From Candidatus Methylomirabilis oxygeniifera (GTDB taxonomy: Bacteria > Methylomirabilota > Methylomirabilia > Methylomirabilales > Methylomirabilaceae), in NCBI GenBank assembly GCA_000091165.1, contig FP565575.1:2430001-2462000 (forward strand): a stretch of 32,000 bases of DNA, in the 5' to 3' direction. The notes under the pieces are model-generated. The model did not search any database and was not told the origin of the DNA. It saw nothing but the letters and a program-made list of their open reading frames with translations. A program made the translations under genes and the position numbers. Of this stretch, positions 17,172-25,338 are shown piece by piece; the stretch's first letter is position 1; each line of letters starts with the position of its first letter.

Positions 17172-17192
17172 GGTAGTATCCTGATTTGGAAG
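17172..17192 (+). repeat. Right 21-bp direct repeat flanking the low-GC island
   Basis: GGTAGTATCCTGATTTGGAAG, 18/21 identical to 8216-8236. Confidence 0.6.
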
Positions 17193-17230
17193 TAGGTGCA
17201 CTCACGAGATCTTCAAGTTAGGATACTACC
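17172..17230. repeat. Perfect 11-bp inverted repeat / long hairpin at the island's right edge
   Basis: GGTAGTATCCT (17172-17182) and AGGATACTACC (17220-17230) are exact reverse complements separated by 37 nt. The stem can extend imperfectly (TTGGAAG / CTTCAAG). Confidence 0.7.
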
Positions 17231-17285
17231 CTGAACCCCGAGCATAGTGATTGATCGCGCAACTCATTTATCTGTCTGCCGTTGG

Positions 17286-17345
17286 TTAGAACACCCCCTC
17301 ACCCACACCCTCTCCCCGAAATGGGGGCGAGGGGAAGGGAGGGAT
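17286..17345. repeat. G/C-rich REP-like unit
   Basis: CCCTCACCCACACCCTCTCCCCGAAATGGGGGCGAGGGGAAGGGAGGG. It contains GGGGCGAGGGG, the reverse complement of CCCCTCGCCCC in the 912-1060 element. Confidence 0.5.
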
Positions 17346-17380
17346 TTCATGCTCATGGGTGTGCCGCAGGCGCATAGGAT

Positions 17381-17454
17381 ATTGCGAGCACCCAAGGGTT
17401 CGCGGCAATCTCGGTGCAGAACGGCGGGATTGCTTCGCTACACTCGCAATGACG
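17381..17454 (+). repeat. ATTGCRAGC...GCAATCTC / GGATTGC...CTCGCAATGACG element, copy 2
   Basis: ATTGCGAGC (17381-17389), GCAATCTC (17405-17412), GGATTGC (17427-17433) and CTCGCAATGACG (17443-17454). Box order and orientation are the same as in 8057-8152. Confidence 0.6.
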
Positions 17455-17577
17455 CATCCCAATGTCCATTCCCCGGTGAGCCCCTATCAGCTTTACAAGA
17501 TTCAGCGTTTCCGATAAGATGAATATTTTCGTTGCAGCGGTCGGCTGCGCTGTCTGGAGTCCGGGGAGAGTTCGAGT

Positions 17578-19059
17578 GTGAAAGGGTTGTTCGATAATCT
17601 TGGGCTGAGGGCGAAACTGCTCCTGATGATGTTCTCCCTCCTGCTGCTGACGTTCGCCTCGCTGTTCGCGTTGTATTGGCACGCAGAGCTGGCGCTGATC
17701 GAGCAGGTGGAGAAACACACGATGGATCTGTCCACCGCGATTCAGATCAGCGTCGAGCGCCTCACCTCCCAGGAGCGGACCGATGAGGCGCGTCTCCAGG
17801 ACTATGTCAACCGCCTGCAACGAAAAGGCGTGAATGAGATCTCTATCGTCAGCAATGAGGAGGAGGTCATCGCCAGCAGCAACCCGAAGAGAGTGGGCGC
17901 GATGATTGACCCAAGCCACCGGGATCTGTTCATTACGGCCAGGCTGGGAGACACCCTGAAAACCGAGCACGGGCAAAAGAACTATAATCTGATTGTACCG
18001 ATCGTAGTCGGGAATCAGCGGATGGGTTACGCCCTGATCAGCATGGTGTTGGACGATTTCGCCCAGATCTCGCAACTGAACTTCATCAAGCGTCTGATTG
18101 CCACCGTACTGGTCTTTGGCCTTGGGATGGCCGCCTCCCTCGTTCTGTCATGGAAATACACTAGACCGATCGATCAGGTGGTCCAGGCGGCGCGTCGAGT
18201 GGCCCAGGGTGATCTCCGGGATACCTTACCGGTCGAGGGGCACGATGAGATCGGTGAGCTGACCGCGAGTTTCAACGATATGGTGCAAAAGCTGCGGGCA
18301 AACAAGGAGTTGGAGCAACGCCTACACCAGGCTGAGCGCCTCTCCAGCATCGGCCAGTTGGCCTCGGGCATTGCGCACGAAATCCGCAATCCGTTGAACT
18401 TCATCAACCTGAGCATCGATCATCTGCAAAGCCGGTTTTCACCCGCCGATCCCGGCTCGCGCGAGGAGTTCACCTATCTGGTCTCGTGGGTGAAAAGCGA
18501 GATCCACCGCCTGAATACGATGATTACCAATTTCCTGACCTACGGGAAGCCGCTCAAGCTTCAGCCGCGCCCATCCGATCTGACCTCGCTGCTCCATGAT
18601 GTGGTGAAGATGGTCAGCGGTAAGGCCGAAGAACAGGGGATCGAAATCGATTGCGGCTCCCTGGAAGCATTGCCGATACTGTCGGTAGATGGGGAGCAGA
18701 TCAGGACCTGTTTCGTCAACGTCCTGGTGAATGCTCTCCAGGCTATGCCTCAGGGGGGGAAGCTGGCGATCGCAACCAGGCTGGTGAACGAGACCGATTC
18801 GTCCGGGGGTCCATCGCCACTCGCCGCGAGCAGGCGCTGGATCGAGGTCAGTTTTCAGGATACCGGGCATGGGATCGCCACGGCAGACCTGCCGAGGGTG
18901 TTCGAGCCGTACTTTACGACCAAGGAGGTCGGGATCGGATTGGGATTGGCCCTGACGAAGAAGATTGTGGAAGAGCATGGAGGGACGATTGCGTTGGAGA
19001 GTATTCCAAACCGGGGCACTACGGTGAGCATCCGGCTACCGGTGGAGGAGCAGGTCTGA
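17578..19059 (+). CDS. Sensor histidine kinase (two TM segments, HAMP, HisKA, HATPase_c)
   Basis: N-terminal hydrophobic segment, then a periplasmic-like region of about 150 aa, then a second TM. HAMP region PIDQVVQAARRVAQGDL..EIGELTASFNDMV. H-box SGIAHEIRNPLN. N/G boxes NVLVNALQAM, DTGHGI and GIGLGLALTKKIVEEHGG. GTG start. Confidence 0.85.
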   Translation: MKGLFDNLGLRAKLLLMMFSLLLLTFASLFALYWHAELALIEQVEKHTMDLSTAIQISVERLTSQERTDEARLQDYVNRLQRKGVNEISIVSNEEEVIASSNPKRVGAMIDPSHRDLFITARLGDTLKTEHGQKNYNLIVPIVVGNQRMGYALISMVLDDFAQISQLNFIKRLIATVLVFGLGMAASLVLSWKYTRPIDQVVQAARRVAQGDLRDTLPVEGHDEIGELTASFNDMVQKLRANKELEQRLHQAERLSSIGQLASGIAHEIRNPLNFINLSIDHLQSRFSPADPGSREEFTYLVSWVKSEIHRLNTMITNFLTYGKPLKLQPRPSDLTSLLHDVVKMVSGKAEEQGIEIDCGSLEALPILSVDGEQIRTCFVNVLVNALQAMPQGGKLAIATRLVNETDSSGGPSPLAASRRWIEVSFQDTGHGIATADLPRVFEPYFTTKEVGIGLGLALTKKIVEEHGGTIALESIPNRGTTVSIRLPVEEQV

Positions 19060-20522
19060 TGCGTGAGGGACGGATCCTGGTAGTCGACGACGAGGGTCCC
19101 CAGCGAGAGATCCTTCGGACCATCCTATCGGCTGAAGGCTATTCGGTTGAAACGGCACCGGGAGGGACGGAGGCCTTACGGCGCTGCCAGGAGAAATCGT
19201 ATGACCTGGTGCTGACCGATCTTCGAATGCCGGGAACCGACGGCCTCTCCCTTGTGGAGCGGCTGATCCGAGACGACCCCCCCACCCTAGTCGTTCTGAT
19301 GACCGCCTACGGCTCGCTGGATTCGGCCGAGCAGGCGTTGAAAAAGGGGGCCTTCGATTATCTGACCAAACCGCTGGAGCGGGAGGAGCTGCTCCTGACG
19401 GTAAAAAGGGCCTTCGAGCGCATCCAGTTGAGCCGGGAGAATCGGTTGTTGCGACAGCAGGCAGAGGAGCGTTTTCGCATCGAAGGGATCGTGGGCAGCC
19501 ATTTCCGGATGCAGGAGGTCTTTGAGAAGATCCAAAAGGTCTCAAACAGCAACACGACCGTGCTCCTCATAGGAGAGAGCGGGACCGGGAAAGAACTGAT
19601 CGCCAGAACCATCCATCGACAGAGTCCACGCAAAGATCGCCCGTTTATTGCCGTCAACTGCGCGGCCATCCCTGAGAGTCTGCTGGAAAGTGAGATCTTC
19701 GGCCATGAACGGGGCGCGTTTACGGGGGCCGTAGACCGACGGGCCGGCTGCTTTGAGCTGGCGAACGGCGGGACGATTTTCCTGGATGAGGTCGTCGAGA
19801 TGCAACTGCCGACCCAGCCGAAATTCCTACGTGTCCTGCAGGGAGAGACGTTCAGAAGGCTGGGAGGAAAAAGTGAGATCGACGTTGACGTTCGCGTCAT
19901 CGCCGCAACCAATCGGGATCCTGTCGAAGCGGTCAAAGACGGGCTTCTCCGGGAGGACCTGTTCTATCGACTGAACGTGGTCTCCATTGGAATCCCACCT
20001 CTCCGCGAGCGAAGCACCGACATCCCTCAACTCGTCGACTATTTCATCATAAAGCACGGTGGGAGCGCGGGAAAGCCGATCCGGGGGATCAGCAACGGAG
20101 CCATGCGGCTCCTGATGAACTATCACTGGCCCGGTAATGTCCGACAACTGGAGGCGGTGATCGAGCGGGCAAGCCTGCTCTCTGAAGGGCCTGAGATTCA
20201 GCATTATGATCTGCCTATCGAGGTTCGGTTCTTTGACCTTCCGGTCCTGTCTGCCTCATCGAGTATACCCGGCAGTAAGTTCGCCATCGAGATTCCCGAG
20301 CAGGGGATTCACTTTGAGGCGCTGGAGCGCGACTTGATCCTGCAGGCTATGGAGAAGTCCGACTGGGTGATCACGAAGGCGGCGCGCCTCCTGGGGTTGA
20401 GTTACCGGACCCTGCAGTATCGTCTGGAGAAATTTCAGATCAAACGGGACACAAAGGCCGCCTCCATAACTTCGGAGAGCGGATTCACTGAGCAAGGAGA
20501 ACAACGGAAAGGGGGGATGTGA
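19059..20522 (+). CDS. sigma54-dependent response regulator (NtrC family)
   Basis: Receiver domain ILVVDDE...LVLTDLRMPG. AAA+ domain GESGTGKELIAR, ERGAFTGA (GAFTGA motif) and GGTIFLDEV. C-terminal Fis-type HTH ITKAARLLGLSYRTLQYRLEKF. ATG 19059 overlaps the kinase stop (TGATG). The part of ORF 18651 upstream of this is a read-through artefact. Confidence 0.9.
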   Translation: MREGRILVVDDEGPQREILRTILSAEGYSVETAPGGTEALRRCQEKSYDLVLTDLRMPGTDGLSLVERLIRDDPPTLVVLMTAYGSLDSAEQALKKGAFDYLTKPLEREELLLTVKRAFERIQLSRENRLLRQQAEERFRIEGIVGSHFRMQEVFEKIQKVSNSNTTVLLIGESGTGKELIARTIHRQSPRKDRPFIAVNCAAIPESLLESEIFGHERGAFTGAVDRRAGCFELANGGTIFLDEVVEMQLPTQPKFLRVLQGETFRRLGGKSEIDVDVRVIAATNRDPVEAVKDGLLREDLFYRLNVVSIGIPPLRERSTDIPQLVDYFIIKHGGSAGKPIRGISNGAMRLLMNYHWPGNVRQLEAVIERASLLSEGPEIQHYDLPIEVRFFDLPVLSASSSIPGSKFAIEIPEQGIHFEALERDLILQAMEKSDWVITKAARLLGLSYRTLQYRLEKFQIKRDTKAASITSESGFTEQGEQRKGGM

Positions 20523-20618
20523 GTGGGAAGCGTGGTCAAGAAGCGGCGGCAAAAGATGAGCAAGCATAAGCATAAGAAACTGCTGAAGCGGACCAGGCAC
20601 CAGCGTCGGAAGAAGTAA
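20523..20618 (+). CDS. bS22-like (AURKAIP1/COX24-domain) small basic protein, 31 aa
   Basis: GTG GGA AGC GTG... translates to (M)GSVVKKRRQKMSKHKHKKLLKRTRHQRRKK. This closely resembles, from memory, actinobacterial ribosomal protein bS22 ([24 protein letters not shown].QRR..). The purine-rich AAAGGGGGG lies a few nt upstream. It is not in the ORF track because it is shorter than 60 aa. Confidence 0.65.
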   Translation: MGSVVKKRRQKMSKHKHKKLLKRTRHQRRKK

Positions 20619-20749
20619 AGCCGGGCATTAAACGTTCGAGCGGCCAGGCTGTTCTAAGGAATAGATTTGAGGTAATGTGCCCTGCAAGAATACCGTTGCT
20701 GGGCTGGGCCGATCGGACGGGGGATGACTCTCGGTGAGAGACAAAGGCC

Positions 20750-21301
20750 TTGCGCGAGGCGGATTTCGAACTGATCGATCGATTCTTGCAGGGCGATGGG
20801 ACGGCGTTCGACGAACTAGTCCGGAAGCGCCAACGGGAGGTGTACAACCTGGCCTACCGGATGACCCGGAATGCCGACGACGCGCGGGACGTTTCGCAGG
20901 AGGCCTTCTTGCAGGTATATCGGAACTTAAGTCGATTTGATCGCCGTTCCAGCCTTTCTACCTGGCTGTACCGGATCGTCGTCAACCTGTGCCTCAACCA
21001 TTTGAATCGGGGCTCGCGAGCCCTCTACGCGACGGTCGACCAGCATCCTGATCCGGCCGATTTGGCGAAGGGGTCGCTTGCTCGGCTGGAGGAAAGGGAG
21101 CAAGCGGACGCGCTTACCCGCGCCATCGAGACCCTTCCACCGCAACAGCGGGCAAGCCTGACGTTGCGGGTTCATCATCACCTCGCGCACCGGGAGATCG
21201 CAGAAATTCTGGGGGTCTCCGAGGCAACCGCTAAGGTGCACTATTTTCATGCCGTACAGACGTTGCGGCGTAAGCTGGCACACTGGCGCGAAGGTGCGTG
21301 A
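20750..21301 (+). CDS. ECF-type RNA polymerase sigma-70 family factor
   Basis: Region 2 is DDARDVSQEAFLQVYRNLSRFD..STWLYRIVVNLCLNHL. Region 4 is LPPQQRASLTLRVHHHLAHREIAEILGVSEATAKVHYFHAVQTLR. TTG start; an in-frame stop at 20735-20737 leaves this TTG as the only conventional start codon (ATG/GTG/TTG) upstream of the conserved domain. Confidence 0.85.
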   Translation: MREADFELIDRFLQGDGTAFDELVRKRQREVYNLAYRMTRNADDARDVSQEAFLQVYRNLSRFDRRSSLSTWLYRIVVNLCLNHLNRGSRALYATVDQHPDPADLAKGSLARLEEREQADALTRAIETLPPQQRASLTLRVHHHLAHREIAEILGVSEATAKVHYFHAVQTLRRKLAHWREGA

Positions 21302-21319
21302 GGAGGGAAGGCTGCTGCC

Positions 21320-22027
21320 ATGAGATGCGAAGACGTTAAGTTCGATCTGTTGGAGTTGATCGAGGGGGAACTGCCGAAGGCGCGTCGCTCTGAGGTCCTT
21401 ATCCATCTTGATGACTGCGCGGCGTGTGCGGCCGAGTTTTCTGCGTATCATGATCTCCTGACGCTTGTGCAGGTCGACCCGGTTCCTGAGCCGTCGCCAG
21501 GCTTTTGGGAAGAGTTTCTGCCTTCGGTGAAACAGCGAATTGGGCAGGAGGCCTCCAGGCGCAAGCCGACACCCGCCGCCTGGTTGACCGGCGTAAGATC
21601 GTGGTTGACGTTCCGGCCACGCCTCATCGCCGGCCTGGCGGTGGCGGCCGTATCAATGTTCATCGTCGTTCGGTTACCGGGCGTGTTGCCCGTGAGGGTG
21701 AATCGACAGGCAGCACCGGTTTTGACGGAAAAGCTCATCGGGCAGACTGGCGCGGCGCACACTGTGGCAGTGATACCTCGTTCCGATCGCAGGAACCAAC
21801 AATCCGGCGAAACGTTTGTGGTGGCCGGAGAGGTCGTCGAGGAGCCTTCGATCCTGATGGCGGCAATTCGGCGGCTCGGCGGGGTGGATGAAATTGCGGA
21901 TCGACTCGAAACAGCCTGGGTTCTGCGCCCGGAGGCCGATCTGGCAGACTCACTCGCCTCGCTCAACGAGGAGGAGCGCCAAGTCCTGCTGAATCACCTG
22001 AGTCATCTGAGAATGTCAGAGTCATGA
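21320..22027 (+). CDS. Anti-sigma factor (zf-HC2, single-pass membrane)
   Basis: N-terminal HLDDCAACAAEF (HxxxCxxC), a central hydrophobic helix LIAGLAVAAVSMFIVV, and a position immediately downstream of the ECF sigma gene. Confidence 0.75.
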   Translation: MRCEDVKFDLLELIEGELPKARRSEVLIHLDDCAACAAEFSAYHDLLTLVQVDPVPEPSPGFWEEFLPSVKQRIGQEASRRKPTPAAWLTGVRSWLTFRPRLIAGLAVAAVSMFIVVRLPGVLPVRVNRQAAPVLTEKLIGQTGAAHTVAVIPRSDRRNQQSGETFVVAGEVVEEPSILMAAIRRLGGVDEIADRLETAWVLRPEADLADSLASLNEEERQVLLNHLSHLRMSES

Positions 22028-22641
22028 CACAATTACGGGAGCAATGCTCGGTCCGGTCTTGGCCTGTGACGGTAGCCGTCGTGGGGCTACTCTGGTTGTG
22101 CGGTCCGGTCTCAGAAGTCATGGCACAACCGCTTGTACCTGCCGCTCCGAAGGCGCCTGGGATGCCGGAGGGGAGACGCTTGATCGAAACGATCAAGATA
22201 TGGAAGATGACTGAGGCACTCAATTTGGACGAAGATCAAGCCGCCAAGCTGTTCCCAAGACTGGCCCAGTTGGAGGCTTCACGACGTGAATTTCACAGGC
22301 AACAGCGTATGTTGCGTGATGAGCTGACCGAACTTCTGAAGCAGCAGCCCTTACGCGACCAGGAGGTCAAGGCGAGACTCGAACGGTTAGAGCGCGCTGA
22401 AATCGACTTCAGAGGGCGAGAGCAAGTCATTAGGGGGGGGCTCCGGTCGATCTTGAGTGTAGAACAGCAGGCCCGGCTCGCCCTGTTCGAAGATCGATTT
22501 GAGAGTGAGATGCGCCGCGCCATCCAGGACCTTCGGCAGCGTCATCGGGGATTGCCCCCAGGTCCCGGCCAAGGCATCGAAGCGCCCGGCCCGAAGGATC
22601 AGCCTCCGACCCCTATGGAGAGCGAGTTGCCGCGCAGATAA
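22024..22641 (+). CDS. Spy/CpxP-family (LTXXQ-motif) periplasmic protein
   Basis: Signal-peptide-like N-terminus, two LTXXQ-like motifs (LNLDEDQAAKL and LSVEQQARL), and a helical charged body. ATG overlaps the anti-sigma stop (ATGA). Confidence 0.65.
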   Translation: MTQLREQCSVRSWPVTVAVVGLLWLCGPVSEVMAQPLVPAAPKAPGMPEGRRLIETIKIWKMTEALNLDEDQAAKLFPRLAQLEASRREFHRQQRMLRDELTELLKQQPLRDQEVKARLERLERAEIDFRGREQVIRGGLRSILSVEQQARLALFEDRFESEMRRAIQDLRQRHRGLPPGPGQGIEAPGPKDQPPTPMESELPRR

Positions 22642-22723
22642 CGATCCGATTCGTTGACCGTGGCAATACGTCATGCCAGCCCGTTCGACCCATGAGGACG
22701 AAAGGATCGAGCGGACCCCGTGA

Positions 22724-22761
22724 GGCAGCGGAGCAATCTTCCGCTGCCGTTTTTGTTTTCG
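22724..22761 (+). terminator. Rho-independent terminator of the ECF sigma / anti-sigma / Spy-like operon
   Basis: GGCAGCGGA-gcaatct-TCCGCTGCC is a perfect 9-bp stem with a 7-nt loop. It is followed by GTTTTTGTTTTCG and lies 83 nt after the stop at 22641. Confidence 0.75.
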
Positions 22762-22789
22762 CCTATCTGCGTGCCTCGCACAGGCAGAG

Positions 22790-23169
22790 AGGCCCAGGGT
22801 GTCGTGGAATCCAGACTGACGAGCCTGTTCTTGAACCGGAACTTCGTGCCGAACGGCCCCGTCTCGCGACATCGCTCCAGGAGACGGAAGAAGAGCTGCT
22901 GATAGAGTTTCCCATGGACGATGTGCATTGGCATAGGAGAGGGAGGAGCGCTTCGGAGCCGAGATGCCCAGATGGACGAGCTTGCCTTCGCAGGTCTGCA
23001 GTCCTTGGCAGATCTCTTGTAAGGAGTGCGCTCGGCCGAGCTGGCAGAAGAGCATGGCGACGAACTGGCCCCAACTGTTAAAGCCCTTGGCATGCCGCTC
23101 GGCCCTGGTTGCTCGAACCAATTGTTCACACTCGAGCCTGGGAAAGAGTTGCAGGATTTGGCTGAACAT
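22790..23169 (-). pseudogene. IS4-family (DUF4372-type N-terminus) transposase, frameshifted and 3'-truncated
   Basis: MFSQILQLFPRLECEQLV....AKGFNSWGQFVAMLFCQLGRAHSLQEICQGLQTCEGKLVHLGISAPKRSSLSYANAHRPWE continues in another frame as LYQQLFFRLLERC...KFRFKNRLVSLDSTT. The frame changes at the A-run GGGAAACTC (about 22903-22906). Similarity is lost by about 22790, and the DDE catalytic domain is absent. Confidence 0.65.
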
Positions 23170-23276
23170 GCTACAGACCTTTATGGTTGGGTCCTCCTTG
23201 GTTGGGGGTGATTGCCCGGGCGAACATGCACACCTTATCGTACCGTCGAGGGCTTAACCCTCGAAAGCTATTTTGG

Positions 23277-24569
23277 ATGAGAGTGCTGCAACTTCCTCGA
23301 TTCCGGGAACTTGTCCCGCTTAGCCGTAGCATACTGGAGGCGGCACGCAGAGCTGCCGCCCCTTCGCCGATCTATGCCGTCGGCGGCTATGTGCGGGATC
23401 TCCTCCTTGGTCGAGAAAATGCCGACATCGATTTGGTGGTTGAGGGCGATGCCATCGCCATAGCCGGACGCCTGGCGCACTCCCTCAAGGCGGTGGTCGC
23501 GTCTCACCCCAGGTTCGGAACCGCCCATCTGCGGCTTCCTGGAGGCGGAAAGCTCGATCTCGCCACCGCCAGGCGGGAACGATACCCGCACGCTGCCGCG
23601 CTGCCGGAGGTTCAGCCCGCCCCCCTCCTTGCCGATCTGTTTCGACGCGATTTCAGCATTAATGCCATGGCTGCCCGCATCGACCGTCATCGGTTCGGGC
23701 CGCTAATCGATCCGTTGGGAGGACTCCGGAACCTGGAGCATGGTCGGATCAGAGCCTTGCACGAGCAGAGCTTCATCGACGATCCTACCCGGCTTTTCCG
23801 GACAGCCCGATTTGAGGGTCGATACCGATTTCTTATTGCTCGCTGTACTCTGCGACTGATGAAGGCCGCAGTGAAGGAGGGGGCGGTCGGGCATCTTGCC
23901 GGCTCGAGAATCTTCAGGGAGCTCTACTTGATCGCGCAGGAACCATCGGCACCCCACATTATCTGGCGGCTCAGGGATCTGGGCGTATTGACGGCTATTC
24001 ATCCGGGACTGGCCCTCCCTGGGACCGCCTTTGGTCTGCTCGATCGGGTGCGGCAGGTTCTCGATCAGGCTCTGCCGATACCGTTGGCGGGGAAAGTCGA
24101 TGTAAGTCAGACGGTTTTCCTTGGGATGTTGTATTTTCTTCATCCGAAGACGTTTATCGCGGTTCTTAAAAGGCTCGCGCCGCCCCACCGGGTCGCCGAA
24201 AAGCTTGCGATTGATTACAAGGCATGTCGAAATACCGCACGGGCGCTGACGCGCGCCGTTGATCTTCGCCAAAGCCGGATCGCCAGGCTTCTCGATTCTT
24301 TGTCACCGGAGGCGAAGGTCGTCCTGCTGGCTATTCTTGCGAAGGGACCGGCACGGGAGGCGGTGTTCCACTACCTCACGACGTCATGGCAAATCGTTCC
24401 GCTGCTCAAAGGTCACGACCTGCGCCAGTTGGGGCTGAAGCCTGGCCCCATCTACCGGCAGGCCTTGGCTGCGCTGCGCTCGGCTAAGCTGGATGGGCGT
24501 CTCCACACCAGAGAGGACGAGACGTCGTTTGTCCTTCAGCGCTTCGCCGGAGGGCGCCTTCAAGATTGA
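23277..24569 (+). CDS. cca: tRNA nucleotidyltransferase / poly(A) polymerase family protein (CCA-adding-like)
   Basis: IYAVGGYVRDLLLGRENADIDLVVEG (GGxVRD...DxD), DLATARRE and RRDFSINAMA head-domain motifs. In-frame alternative starts are at 23187 (TTG) and 23226 (ATG). 23277 was chosen because it clears the IS remnant. Confidence 0.75.
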   Translation: MRVLQLPRFRELVPLSRSILEAARRAAAPSPIYAVGGYVRDLLLGRENADIDLVVEGDAIAIAGRLAHSLKAVVASHPRFGTAHLRLPGGGKLDLATARRERYPHAAALPEVQPAPLLADLFRRDFSINAMAARIDRHRFGPLIDPLGGLRNLEHGRIRALHEQSFIDDPTRLFRTARFEGRYRFLIARCTLRLMKAAVKEGAVGHLAGSRIFRELYLIAQEPSAPHIIWRLRDLGVLTAIHPGLALPGTAFGLLDRVRQVLDQALPIPLAGKVDVSQTVFLGMLYFLHPKTFIAVLKRLAPPHRVAEKLAIDYKACRNTARALTRAVDLRQSRIARLLDSLSPEAKVVLLAILAKGPAREAVFHYLTTSWQIVPLLKGHDLRQLGLKPGPIYRQALAALRSAKLDGRLHTREDETSFVLQRFAGGRLQD

Positions 24570-24670
24570 CAAGGGTGTGTCCCTCTGTTACGGTTACTCA
24601 TAGTAATAGCCATGGTCCTCGGTGGCCCGAGACGCAACAGACTCGATGGACATTTTTCGAGCACAAAGGC

Positions 24671-25315
24671 ATGTCTGATCTGACACAGTTCATTCTGAAT
24701 TTGAGCGTGAGGCTGCCGGCCATCCTGGCAGCCTTGACGTTTCACGAGTATGCCCACGGGTGGGTGGCCGACAAACGGGGCGATTCGACGGCAAGGTTGT
24801 TAGGCCGCCTCACCTGGAACCCCCTCAGCCACCTGGATCCCATCGGGACTCTGGCCCTGATCTTCACGCCGGTGGGTTGGGCCAAGCCGGTTCCGGTAAA
24901 TTTCAACAACCTCCGACATCCGAGGCGCGATATGGTCTTGGTGGCAGCAGCAGGGCCGGGCGCGAACCTCATACTCGCCTCCGTGTGTGCCGGGTTGCTT
25001 CGACAATTCGACGGGACTGAGGGGATGGATGAATCTGCTGCCTGGTTGCTTTCATGGTTTACTCCGGTCTATCACATGTTGCGCTGGAGTGTATTAATCA
25101 ACGTCGCGCTGGCTGTCTTTAACTTGATTCCGGTGCTGCCGCTTGATGGCGGTCGCGTCATGGCCGGGCTTTTGCCCCCGCGGCAGGCGGCCTCATATGG
25201 CAGGCTGGAGCGGTACGGCTTTGTAATTCTCATCGTGCTGATCTTCAGCGGCGTGGTCGATCGATTGATCTGGCCGCCTATTGCGCTTGTCGCCGGGTTG
25301 TTGCTCGGCGCGTAG
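24671..25315 (+). CDS. Site-2 protease family (M50) zinc metalloprotease
   Basis: HEYAHGWVA (HExxH) in the first TM region, NLIPVLPLDGGRV (the NxxPxxxLDG motif), and a polytopic profile. The ORF opens at 24566, but ATG 24671 precedes the conserved part. Confidence 0.8.
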   Translation: MSDLTQFILNLSVRLPAILAALTFHEYAHGWVADKRGDSTARLLGRLTWNPLSHLDPIGTLALIFTPVGWAKPVPVNFNNLRHPRRDMVLVAAAGPGANLILASVCAGLLRQFDGTEGMDESAAWLLSWFTPVYHMLRWSVLINVALAVFNLIPVLPLDGGRVMAGLLPPRQAASYGRLERYGFVILIVLIFSGVVDRLIWPPIALVAGLLLGA

Positions 25316-25338
25316 GTCCGAGAGGAGTACGGCAGTCG

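Noticed and set aside
16980-17201. 73-aa minus-strand ORF upstream of and overlapping the PHP-ATPase start region
   Set aside because: It has no motifs, overlaps the alternative N-terminal extension of the ATPase gene, and spans the inverted repeat. It is probably non-coding leader or promoter DNA.
17247-18075. ORFs 17247-17522(+) and 17353-18075(-)
   Set aside because: The first is built from REP units (..THTLSPKWGRGEG.., ..LLRYTRNDA..). The second is antisense to the kinase gene.
18651-19058. N-terminal 136 codons of ORF 18651-20522
   Set aside because: This part overlaps the histidine kinase HATPase region in another frame. Receiver-domain homology begins at MREGRILVVDDE (ATG 19059), which overlaps the kinase stop.
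22387-22789. C-terminal two-thirds of the 260-aa minus-strand ORF 22387-23169
   Set aside because: Transposase similarity stops near 22790. The rest runs antisense through a terminator hairpin and the Spy/CpxP-like gene, so it is a chance open frame.
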